The position numbers and the translations under genes are program-made. Below the pieces are notes generated by a model. It saw nothing but the letters and a program-made list of their open reading frames with translations, was not told where the DNA came from and made no database searches. DNA of 59,074 nt, counting the filler, from Squatina squatina (lineage: Eukaryota), in NCBI GenBank assembly GCA_031763465.1. It is 3 parts of 3 records of this genome, joined end to end, with 100 filler letters (N's around TTAATTAATTAA, not from the genome) between each part and the next. Parts side by side here need not be neighbours in the genome. Positions count along the whole stretch, not along the records: positions 45,064 to 59,074 come from JARFOE010000013.1; 2 more parts are not named here. One strand, 5' to 3'. Of this stretch, positions 47,895 through 59,074 are shown one piece after another. Every line of letters starts with the position of its first letter. Within the stretch, counting starts at the first letter, position 1.

Positions 47895-48262
47895 TTAGGA
47901 GCACAGGAACATGAGTACAACATTCAGTTAGATCATGACTGATCTGTATCTTAACCCCATTTACTCGCCTTTGCTCCATATCCCTTGACACCCTTGCCGA
48001 ACAAAAATCTATTAATCTTAGTCTTAAATGTTCCAATTGCCCCAGTTTCTGCAGCCTTTTGGAGGAAGGAAATTCCAGAATTCTGCTGCCAATTGTGTGG
48101 GAAAAAATGATCCCTAAATGGCCTAGCTGTAATTTTAAGGTGATGTCCCCTTCTTCTTGATTTTCCCACGAGAGTAAATAGTATATCTGTTGAATTTTTT
48201 TAACATTTTAAACACCTCGAACAGATCAACCCTCAATCTTATGTACTTAAGGGAATACAAGA
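47895..48262 (-). mobile_element. Degenerate CR1 LINE 3' region
   Basis: Reads LYSLKYIRLRVDLFEVFKMLK, RRRGHHLKI and GTFKTKINRFLFGKGVKGYGAKASKW (CR1 ORF2 C-terminus). Confidence 0.85.
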
Positions 48263-48920
48263 GGATTTCAAGGATGACCATGTCAGCACAAAGGGCCTTT
48301 GTTGCTGTATGGGAGAGCTTCTGGGCAACATCAGTGGTCACAACACACTGAATGTGGCTGATATAGTGTTAAACAACCTTTAATAACAATTCACACATAA
48401 ACATCGCCTTTGAACTTTCTACTGAATTTTAACAGTGATGCACAGATAGGACAATGATGTTACGATCTCATGTACCTCGGACATTTGCTTGTTAATTAAG
48501 TTTCACACTGCCCACAGAAATTTTAACACTAACCCAAGAATTATTTAATTAATAAACTGCATATAATTACATTACGAAGTATAGTGGGATGGAACAATGA
48601 GTGGTTTTCCTGATCCTTCACATTTTAATCTACTTGCTGATTTAACTTATTGCTATAAAATTGCACACTGCCTTTTGAACTTGACCTTGTTGAAGTGTAT
48701 TGGTAATTTACATTTGTTAGCAAAGTGCACAATTGTGAAGCAAGCAGAATGATTTGAGTTCTCCTGGACTTGGTCTCTATTTCTTCAATTTTGTATTCTT
48801 CTCCTTGGCTTGCGCTAACATTTCTTGATCTAATACCCATAAACGTGAAACTGCAGAATAAACCAAGCGTATTGATTGCCTTAAAAAGACAGATTAATGT
48901 CTCGCCTGATTGAGGTAGGT

Positions 48921-48997
48921 AAACATAGAAATATAGAAGATAGGAGCAGGAGTCGGCTATTCGGCCCTTCGAGCCTGCTCCGCCATTCAATGAGATC
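48921..48997 (-). mobile_element. CR1 LINE 3' end
   Basis: AAACATAGAAATATAGAAGATAGGAGCAGGAGTCGGCTATTCGGCCCTTCGAGCCTGCTCCGCCATTCAAT is the reverse of 33500-33572. Confidence 0.9.
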
Positions 48998-51900
48998 NNN
49001 NNNNNNNNNNNNNNNNNNNNNNNNNNNNNNNNNNNNNNNNNNNNNNNNNNNNNNNNNNNNNNNNNNNNNNNNNNNNNNNNNNNNNNNNNNNNNNNNNTCC
49101 CTGATTTCCCACATAGCGCAGGAGGAGCATATAATATGGTAATATATATGATGTGGAAAGAGTGAGCACTATGGACTTTTCTTCTTTCAAGCCTTCTTAT
49201 AATCCCTATTTAATTTATCATCATTCAACCTCAGTATTGGTCTCTACCACAGGCCTTGACCCTTGACTTGCACTTTGAGACATTTCTGAGAGACATGATG
49301 AGTCATTTTACAAACTCAAGTCTTTCTATTCTTTCAATAACAGTGCTGGCAGTCCTGTCAGCAGGTAAGATCTTGCCACAATATTTTTTTCTGCGACCTT
49401 TATTCAACCTGAGCTTTGTCCCTTTCAAACTGAAATAAATTCTGGTAGATCAAGTTAACCTGTGCAACACTGCAATTGAACAATCAGACTGGCTGTTCAG
49501 TGGGAGTACATGGAATACGCTGACCTCACGTTTGCAGTAGACCAATCTTTTATTCATTTGGCACAGTTGGAAAATCGCTACGGCAGAAAGCATGAGCCAG
49601 TTAGGGTTTCTGTTCCCTATTCAAAATCCCCAAGGAGAATAGAGAAGCCAACATCAGAGAACATTATCTGAGTGTGTGATTTTTCTGTGAGGGTTCTCCT
49701 GACCTCCTTCAAGGAACAGTGAACTTCTGCTTACTTAGCCTGTGACAAAATACATAACATTACTTCACAGCATATGAGTGATTGTCTCAACCATAAACTG
49801 TATCGCTTCACGACTCAGTACAGTTCAACTACGGGCCTGACAGAGTGGAGTCCCTGAAGATTGAGCGTTCCTCTGTTTCAATAGACTTGTTGAACTGACT
49901 CTCGGGTTGCCACCTACCTGATTTTTCACCTGCACAGTTGCTTTTTTTTAAAAAATGAAAAAAGTTACTCCCATCTGCTTGATCTGTACATAGCCACACC
50001 ACAGTTGCTGGTTCCATCCTTTTCATCCCTCTGTTGATTTTTGAATGCCAGAGTTTATCAAACAGCCTTGGTGTCCAATATTCAACCAGGGCAACTGGCA
50101 ATAAACACAATAAAGGGCTTCCCCTTTTTTTCTTATTTGCATGTGCCAGCCAACATATGGGTCTGTTATTTGGAAAGTGGGGGCATGTGGAGCACTAACT
50201 AAGCAATTTTCTGGCCCCAATTTAGTTTTGGTATATCCTTAGCACAGCCCTGAAGGAATGCTTCTTTAAATTATTTTAGGTGATATAGTAATTTCCATCA
50301 ATAAACTGGTCAATGTTATACATTAAGGCTGCTACATTAAGATATCTCTTACCTTGTACCACTTTAGTGCTAATTGTTCATTTGAGGTTACATAGTCACT
50401 GATATCAGGACAAGTAATCCTTTTAGAAGTCCTCAAATATGAAGAAGCTCCATAGAAATGTTTATTCTGGAAGCATGAAGCACTGGTAGAGTTATTAACC
50501 GTTAATAAAACGGCCTTTTTGGTGTAAGCAGTTGGAGACCTGTAAATGCACATTGAAGTGTTAGAATAGTTTTCTAATATCTAGTTACCAAATAAAAATG
50601 TTCATGGATTTTAATGCAAAAAGTAGATTAGTTTAATAATGGAAAAGGAAACATTAAAATCCTGCATTTATCTTTCAATAAGAAACTGCTCAGAAAGGAT
50701 TGATAAAACACCAACTCTATCATATTTCATAAAGTGCTGGAATCCCAATCAAGACTGGTTCGGCACCAATCCCGCAGTTTTGTACACTATCCCTCACCTG
50801 AACTGGCCTTTCTATCTGTCTATCCCCATGTTGTAAGAAGATATTCCAAGACTCTCCTACGTCAGCCACTGCAAAGGCTCCATAACACAGCGCCCACCTG
50901 TGCATGGACTAATCACCAAAACATAAATCAATCCTCCNNNNNNNNNNNNNNNNNNNNNNNNNNNNNNNNNNNNNNNNNNNNNNNNNNNNNNNNNNNNNNN
51001 NNNNNNNNNNNNNNNNNNNNNNNNNNNNNNNNNNNNNTAGAAGCATGGAATCAGGGGTACCTCATGGTACTGAACAATAAAAATAGAGTATGATTTGTGA
51101 TTGTCATATAATAAATGCAAAGAGCATTATATTCTTCATTTCAGCACATAAAGCAACAGATAGTTCAGAACTTGACTGAATCTATTTTACCATTGGATTC
51201 CTTGGCAAAAATTAGCCCAGAATAAAATCAATCCCTTGGCATAAGACAAAATGGTCTTTCCATTTCTAGGCAATTTCATATTACTTGTATCATCCATTTA
51301 TTGTCTATAGTGCTGACTAATGTGTTTTAATCAAATGTACTGTATTTTCCTATAATTGGTTCATGCCGACCATCTTTCATTGTACTTCATTTATTTCTTA
51401 ACTGCATCTAATGGAATCGTTACTCATTCGCTTGTTAGGAGAATTGCATTGGAGTCTCAGTTTACCTGTTTTCTTTCAAATGCAGTTGCCTTTATTTACC
51501 TGAGTGCAATAACGAATGATAAATATTGCACTTAGTAATCAAGTGCCTCCCCATACAGCGACAATCAAAATTTGTCAAAATTGTGCAGACCTGGTCAATT
51601 CAGATTTCAATTTGAGGCTCCACAATAATTATTGACTCCCCCGCCCCCTTTCCACTACGCAATAAAATACGAGTTGTCTCTCGAAACTTGTTTCTGGAAG
51701 TGTGACTGAAATGGTCAGGATCCAACAGTTTCTGCCTCGGGCATTTGCTGTANNNNNNNNNNNNNNNNNNNNNNNNNNNNNNNNNNNNNNNNNNNNNNNN
51801 NNNNNNNNNNNNNNNNNNNNNNNNNNNNNNNNNNNNNNNNNNNNNNNNNNNNATATATAATAGTGTCAATAAAACAGATGGAAGAGAGCAGTGGGGAATG

Positions 51901-53215
51901 AAGTTAGTGGTTAGTGTTTAAAGAGGAACTGTCCATCATCAGACAAGTTTTGTTAGCATATCCCATCCAGGAATATAAAGCAATTTCAGAAATATCTCAT
52001 CAGATATGGAAGCAGCCTTGGATGAGTTTGGTCCCTTATGAGGGGGAAAAAAATGTTTGGTACTAAATGGAATTGAGCTTCTTAGAGGCAGCTGACAACA
52101 AACATGTACAGGAACTGACACTGACATGCACAGGATCCACGGAGAACCGAATGTGTTTCAACTGTCTGTTTCTCCCCCCAGTGTGTGCTATAATTTCACC
52201 TCGAGGTAGCACATGTTTCCATAGTGTAATCTTTCACACTTCACCACTTTGAAAAATATGGTTCATGTTTTATTATTTTAAAATCAGCACAGCAGTAATT
52301 GAGACAGATAACGGCAGTGACTTCTCACCTTTATTACAAACTAGGATAAATGCAGGCAATTCGCTCACATTTGGCATTGTACCGCTCTTAATGTGTATGT
52401 CAGCGTCAGCTCCTGCACTTAGGTGCTGCAGACTGGGTAAATGATATGGCCGCGGTACCAGAAGAGCTGATAATTGATAAGAGAAACTGTGCTGGCAATG
52501 GAGGGACTAGAGAGGTAAATGNNNNNNNNNNNNNNNNNNNNNNNNNNNNNNNNNNNNNNNNNNNNNNNNNNNNNNNNNNNNNNNNNNNNNNNNNNNNNNN
52601 NNNNNNNNNNNNNNNNNNNNNACCCTCTGTTAATATACAGACTAAATTTTTTTTGAGATATTTTCACTTCATGATCCAGTTCCCTTTAATGAGACATTTG
52701 AAAGATTGAGGAGGAGAGTTGCTGCCACAGCCGCCTTTATTTTTTTTCATAAATAGCTCTCATTTGCTTTGCTATGTTGTGCTGCGTAAATGCATGGCTT
52801 TTTAATGCCAAGTAACTTATTAACATGATACTACCAAACATAGATGCAAATACTATTGAGGCACAGGGCATAAATATCGACATAAATGCTGCCCATTTTT
52901 CTTGTGAAACCTAGGTGAAGGATCGTAGTACAGGACACCACCATCGTTGAAAATAATGGAAGTGATGGTGTGATAGCTGAAGAAACAGTAATTTTAAAGG
53001 GGTTTTAGAAGCCTGTAGATTGCGGGAAGAAGGGAAGACTGAGGACATTCTCACTTTGAGATCCAAGAAAACGCATAATCATAACAAGAGATAGTGTTCT
53101 TTTGAAGTTCTGGAGTCCCAGCTCCATTTTGTTATTATCACACTTGTCTTGTTCTTCAAAACGGTATTATTTGTAGAGTTTGCAATAAGTGACTGAATGT
53201 TGCCTTGATGCTACG

Positions 53216-53402
53216 GGGGCAATTTTAACCTAACTGGCCTGGCGGGAAGCTGACGGGATCGGGCGCGACACTTGTTTTACACCCTGCCTGATTTTGCTCC
53301 CCACTGAAATCAACGGAGTGTAATATCGGGCGGGGTGTAAATCCAGCGTTCCACCCGACCCCAGCAGTTACCCGCCGAGCGAGTTAAGTTAAAGTTGTGC
53401 CC
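53216..53402. mobile_element. Palindromic MITE (~187 bp foldback)
   Basis: Nested inverted pairs: GGGCAATTTTAACCTAACT/AGTTAAGTTAAAGTTGTGCCC, GGCGGGAAGCTG/CAGTTACCCGCC and TTTACACCCTGCCTGAT/ATCGGGCGGGGTGTAAA. Confidence 0.85.
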
Positions 53403-54115
53403 TCCACCTCCACAAAGTGAAGCAGCATTAACCGAGAAATGAATGCAACAGAGCAGCGACCAAACATTTGCTCACCTCCAGGAATCAAAGCCCTGAGATA
53501 CGATGAACGGAGAAGAAAGCATAAGTTTTATCCCTGCATCCTACATGTTTTCAAAACGCTGACGCTGCTCAACTTCAGCAGATACTTAGACCATATTATT
53601 TATGTTGATATAAAAGATCAATTAGGGTTAATTAATTTTGAAATACATGGGTTTAATAAAATGAACCTCGATGCGCACTTTCCTGATAGGTTAATAAACT
53701 TTCCTGGCAGTGTGCTACAAAGTATTCAATGTTTTATATTTTTAATTAAGATTAGAAATTAGTTAGCGGCTTACAAGTCCCTACATATTGACTGGCTTTT
53801 CCTTCATTATCTTGGTACATGCAATCCAACAAAATAGAAAAGAGTACAAATCCAGGCCAGAATTGACTTTAATGTCAATGGGCTTGAAAGTATTTTGTCA
53901 TTAGATGGAGTTCACTTTCAAAGTTTCAGCTCTCTTATTGTTGCTGAAATTAGTATTTGAGCATTTAGGGTGGAGCTTAAGCCTATTTCAGAAAGGTTGA
54001 TGTCAGTGCTTGAATGGAATGGTTGGATGCTGCAGTCTGATATTACACTCTATTCAGCAGTGATTGTGTTCCCACCAGCGGTGCAACCTTGCTCCTGGAA
54101 TTACTCTTCAAAAAG

Positions 54116-54238
54116 TATTGGGGTTAAAGTTCCTCAGGGATTTTACCACTGGGTCGCTGTCATTTCGGCAGAAGAGCTGCAGAAACTCCAGAAAAACAGA
54201 CGAGTGGGAGAGCCCCCTGTGGAAATTCACCCCCAATA
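54116..54238. mobile_element. Short MITE-like element with imperfect TIRs
   Basis: TATTGGGGTTAAAGTTCCTCAGGG versus CCCTGTGGAAATTCACCCCCAATA. Confidence 0.5.
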
Positions 54239-55421
54239 TTTTGTCTCCACTTTTCTCCCCTCCTCTGATGGCAGTATTGACTTAACTGGTACAGTTCAAT
54301 GCGGCCATACTTCAGGAATGAACATTGGCAAGATGCTCTACCATGAGGCCAGTCACACCTGAGCTCAATCCTGTGCTCACATGTTCCAGTAGGAGTCAGC
54401 GATCAGAAGTACGGGACCCTTGCAAATTTCCACCTTCCTANNNNNNNNNNNNNNNNNNNNNNNNNNNNNNNNNNNNNNNNNNNNNNNNNNNNNNNNNNNN
54501 NNNNNNNNNNNNNNNNNNNNNNNNNNNNNNNNNNNNNNNNCCCATTGCGCATCAGACTATGCGTTCTTCCAATAGTTGTTGATAGTAATCTGCAGAAGCC
54601 TAGTGAAATTATGGGACTGACTATTGGCACCAGTAACGGGTACATGGGGTTCAAGATTGTAATATTGCCTCTGGGGTGACCCTATGGTTCATGATATCAT
54701 CTGATCCACTTGTTGAGTTTACTGCAGGTACTCATTGTAATATGTTTGACATTTAAAAAAAATGATTAAATAACTGATACATTCTGCACACCCAGTGCTG
54801 CTATTTTAAATATGTATGATGAAACAGACTACAGGTCTGCATTCACACTCCTCTATGGTTTGACTGCATTTCACATCAAGACAGAATAGGGACACCAGTT
54901 GAATTAGTCAGACAATTCTAACANNNNNNNNNNTTTGTAAATTGCCCTCCAGAGGAATTTCATTTAAACATTTTTTAAAAAATATATCAAAAGCATATTC
55001 CTTCTTTAAATAAGCAGAGGTCATCTGGAGCTTTTGACACTGCAATAAAACTAAATCATAGCTTCACTATTCTATTCCCAGCAAAGTCATGGATCTTGCT
55101 CCCTCTGTTTTTTTCCTGCCACTCAATATAGCCCAGAGACATAGTTATCACAGTCACTAGATATTTTCTGCTGTGGCATCTGAGCTAAATTGTTCCTTCT
55201 GTTATCTCAAGTATGTAGTAATGGTCTCTGACTTCAGATTTGGCCGCCATAATACCCCATTAGTCTTCCGAACCCTGAGGGCAATATTTCTCCTTTAAAG
55301 CTTGGAAACATGGGGATTCATNNNNNNNNNNNNNNNNNNNNNNNNNNNNNNNNNNNNNNNNNNNNNNNNNNNNNNNNNNNNNNNNNNNNNNNNNNNNNNN
55401 NNNNNNNNNNNNNNNNNNNNN

Positions 55422-55495
55422 CAATCTTCTAAATTCCAGCGAGTATAAGCCTAATCTATCCAGTCTTTCTTCAAGCTGAGGGCAACGGAGGCCAT
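55422..55495 (-). mobile_element. 5'-truncated CR1 fragment
   Basis: Translates LEERLDRLGLYSLEFRRL. Confidence 0.85.
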
Positions 55496-55499
55496 CGCC

Positions 55500-55637
55500 C
55501 GTCCCTTCACCACATGGATTGTAGCGCTGAACACGTAGGCTCACCACCACAACCTTCTCAAGGGCAAGTAGGGATGGACAATAAATGCAGGTCTTGCCAG
55601 CAACGTCCACATCCTGAGAATGAATAAATTAAAAAAT
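55500..55637 (+). mobile_element. 3' end of a second LINE family
   Basis: CACCACATGGATTGTAGCG...CTCACCACCAC..CTTCTCAAGGGCAAGTAGGGATGGACAATAAATGC...CACATCCTGAGAATGAATAAATTAAAAA resembles a common shark LINE terminus (recalled) and ends A-rich. Confidence 0.65.
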
Positions 55638-58600
55638 ACATCAAGAAAGAGATAGAAATACAGAGATATCTTTCCAGGGACCAACCATAAAGTGCCAAAT
55701 TTACTATTTGCAGAGAATCCTTCGAGCATTAGAAACTGGTGCTGCGCTGCCTGTGGATGGAAGGAGTGATGTTTTTGAAAGTATATCTTGACACTTCCTG
55801 TGAATGCTCATTAGATTCAAAGATGAAAGATCCTTAACTGCGTTCTGGAGCCAAAAGGATGAGGGCGAGAGCTTGGTGTGGTTCGCATGAAGCTCAGCCA
55901 ATCAGGAAGAACCAAGGCATTTACAGAGCAAATATTCAGCAAAGCCTAACTGGTTAGTTCAAGATCCAGCCAAGTCATCCAAAATAAGTTTCAAGCTTGT
56001 GGCACTGGAGCAGGGCTTCCCTGAGAAAACATTTCCCAAGGCTTTACAACACTGTAAAACTAACTTTATGAGTACAAATAAGCATGCTATTCACAATTGC
56101 TTACTCTTCATGGATTCCATTCGCTGCAGATAAATCTCTTACAGTACAATTTTTCAACTGGAGAAACAGTCAAATTGGTAGCTCAAGCCAACTTCACAAA
56201 ATTATGAAAACAATTTCATTTGTCGGACTTCGTATATCCTTAGTAATTCTTCACTGATAATCTACGAACTCGCCTTCCTAACATTTGATTTTCTTCATTC
56301 CATTCAGTTCTCATTTGTTGCTGCTTTATGAATACACAATTTGAGTCAAGCAGATCCAAATGAAGAATTATGTGATAAGTTGTGGTGCATAAAGTGTGAC
56401 GTGAGCTGTAATGGGCATAGATGTAATCTATACATAGATATATGTGAATGATATCCTGTATCAAGGGTATAGTGTCACTGAGAGTTTGTGTATGGAGCTG
56501 TTGGAATTGAAATAAGCAGGTTACATCATAAAAGTACACAAAGTTTGTGCTGAATGTTAAAGGTGCTGAGAATGAAGCACGGAGGCATTTTAGAACTATA
56601 TCCTGCAGACAGACTTAATAGTACTGTCTTCTCATGCTATGACCGTGAATAAAGTAATCAATATTCTGAGCATTGGGCCTATTCATCTCAGAATGTATTG
56701 ATTAGCAAGTGCACATTCAGGAGGCAGTGCTGTGTTACAGCCTGAACCCTATCAGCTTCAGACTCAACTTTGCCTGTTAGTCAATCACACATTCTAATTA
56801 CTCTTTGTACAAGGAATTGAATTTCAATGCCCAAGGCACACTGCTGGTATCTCATGTTTGTATTATAAGTCTTCACAATTTCATTAAAGGGATTGTTGTG
56901 ATTGTTTGATTAACTCTTTATGGCACTTGCCAANNNNNNNNNNCCAAGTTAGAGTTTCCTATCTTGATCTCAGAGCAGCATGCTAGTGCACCAGCGCGGC
57001 TTTCCATTTTTCAAATCAGCCAGCCTTTTGGTCTCGCTGAGAATGCACGTTAGTGCTCGGTTCTTGGCAATTTTGTACTGCAGATTTGCCCCTATAGAGC
57101 ATCTGGATTGAAACGGTTTCCACCTCATTTCACTCAGGCTTTTTATAGCGAGCACATAGAGGAGACTTCAGTATTCACTTTAAAGATAGATTCCCCAGCG
57201 GGGAAAGGGGCAATGTTTTAATTCATCAGGGGTGGATTTTCAAGGGTCGGCACTCAATCAGCACCCATTTTTCAGATGAATTAACACTACCTAGATCGCC
57301 ACTGACATAGACCATTGCAGAACGGCACTGGTGGGTCAAAGAATGGTGACTCAGGATCAGTAAAGTGACCGCTCAGCTTCATTTTACAATAAGCCTCAAA
57401 GCTCTCACTGTCAATCAGTTGAGCAGTTTCTAGTTATTATTTCAATCTCATTAAGCAAGTTAATTTTATGGCACCAGATACCAACAAAAAGGCTCTAAAA
57501 CACCCAGTGGATATTAGCTTAAGTTATGATGTGAAAATCCCCTTGGAGCCACTTAAAACATTCACAGGTGAGAATGACAGCACCTCTGGCACTTCCAGTA
57601 CTGTTTCCTTTTAAAAGTAGTTGGACATCATGTCTCCAATAGGATGCTACTGTCACAGAGTTGATTCCGATCAGAGTTTGCATTCTTTGTTACTAAAATA
57701 CAGTCATTTCAAATATCGGTTTATTCCTTGTGGCTGATAATTTATCAAATTAATAACATCGGAAGAAGGTACAGAAACTGCATGTTGAATTATCCAAGTA
57801 GCTATGACAGTAATCCAGTAAGAGTTATTCTTTTAGCAGTGAGAAAGCTAATATTCATGGTACGTAGTAATAATATTCGGTGGGTGTGGCTAGGGGAAAA
57901 ACCGCTTTAATATTCCTAAATGCCAGCTTCCTTAAATAGCTACTTCCAAAAGCGTACACTGTACCTGGCACCGTGGATCTATATCAGACATTGACTGCGC
58001 CGCTTCTGACTGTGTCCCTGCCTCTTTAAAGAGTAGGCGTAGCAATACATTGTTAGAAAGAGTATCGACGTTTTATTAAGTAAATAAAATAACAAGTTAA
58101 CTTTCTGGAGTTGCAGGAGTTGCACTGAACTCCACGAGTCTGCAGCCCAACTGGCACACACACACAAGACAGACAGAAAACACAGGTAAGTTACGACGCA
58201 TGTCACGTGACGATGACGCAGGTGTCACGCATTTACACAAGTGTGCGCCCCTATCGCACTGACTGATAGTAATGATTGCTGCGGCATATTCAAATGTGTT
58301 GTCGAGCTAATTCGCCACTGGAGTTATTGGGCAGCACTGCAGTCTAACTTGCGGCCTTCAGGGCCAAGTGTGCTGTTGTAGGAAGATCCGGGCCAATAAA
58401 TTCTAAGGCGATACTTGTGTGTGAATTGCTGATTGCAGCTGTGCTGTGAAAGGGATTTCCTCCAGGAAAGGTGACATCGCAGTGTGCTTGCTCACAGTGA
58501 CCTCCAACTTCCTTGTGGGTATTATACAAGCTCCAAGCACTATGCAAAAACCATAGACGTTGTAATCATCTATTAATCTTCCTACTCTGACACAATAATC

Positions 58601-59074
58601 TGTCATGTTCGACTATTTATGCATTGTCACAAAAATGCCACAGCCTTTCATCTGAATATTACAGAATAATTTGCACTGACAAGACAAAGTAATGGGAGGA
58701 ATGGCAAGTGATGGCATTAGAGCTGGGGCCAAACAAACCAGGTGTTGAGTTACAGCGCCACCTTTGTGGCTCTGTCGTACTCATCAGGGCATTTACATTC
58801 AGTCCTACGTTTTGAAAGCGAGAGAGGAAAGGAGCAAGCAAGCAAGGAATGGACTGATTTAAGAAAGGATCACGCAGCCGGCTTCGGCTCCTGTGACCAT
58901 TTGCAGGTGTTTCAGAAATTATCCATGTTTGAAGTGTTACGGCAATCAGCAAAGGGTTAAATACAATCTTTGAAAACCTTATCATTAATACTTGGGACAA
59001 AAATCATGTACCTTATTCCTGCATGTTTCTCATAAATTGTGAGGATTGGGATCTTATGACAGCCAGGTAGCTAC

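Larger units (their letters stand above)
9652..59074 (+). other. ZNF608: Large ZNF608 intron following the first coding exon
   Basis: No sequence encoding the expected next exon (VDPLFTVPAPPP...GIVWHETEEG-like, recalled from mammals) is visible in the ORF track or by eye. The content is repeats and unique non-coding DNA. The exon could be hidden in a gap. Confidence 0.7.

Overview
This is vertebrate genomic DNA from a gappy draft assembly, most likely a cartilaginous fish (shark) judging by its repeat families; the taxon is an inference. It covers the 5' end of one gene, ZNF608 (a Brakeless/Scribbler homologue), on the + strand. A CpG-rich, repeat-poor promoter and 5'UTR zone (~3.4-8.5 kb) leads into the large first coding exon (acceptor 8325/8326, ATG 8503, donor hidden in the N gap from 9450). 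The remaining ~49.6 kb is intron with no further recognisable exon. That intron holds decayed CR1 and L2 LINEs, DeuSINE-type and other tRNA-derived SINEs, a PIF/Harbinger transposase relic, several GC-rich TIR or palindromic elements, and candidate conserved enhancers. There are no prokaryotic genes, rRNA, true tRNA or CRISPR, and most long ORFs in the track are artefacts of N runs or repeats. I cannot support a wholly new biological system. The best leads are an upstream ORF overlapping the ZNF608 start codon, a circ-ZNF609-like exon layout, a CCAAT-box minisatellite at the promoter, a Harbinger/MITE family, a twin-priming-like L2 inversion and a SINE with two tRNA heads. Repeat-family calls rest on recalled similarity, not on database searches.
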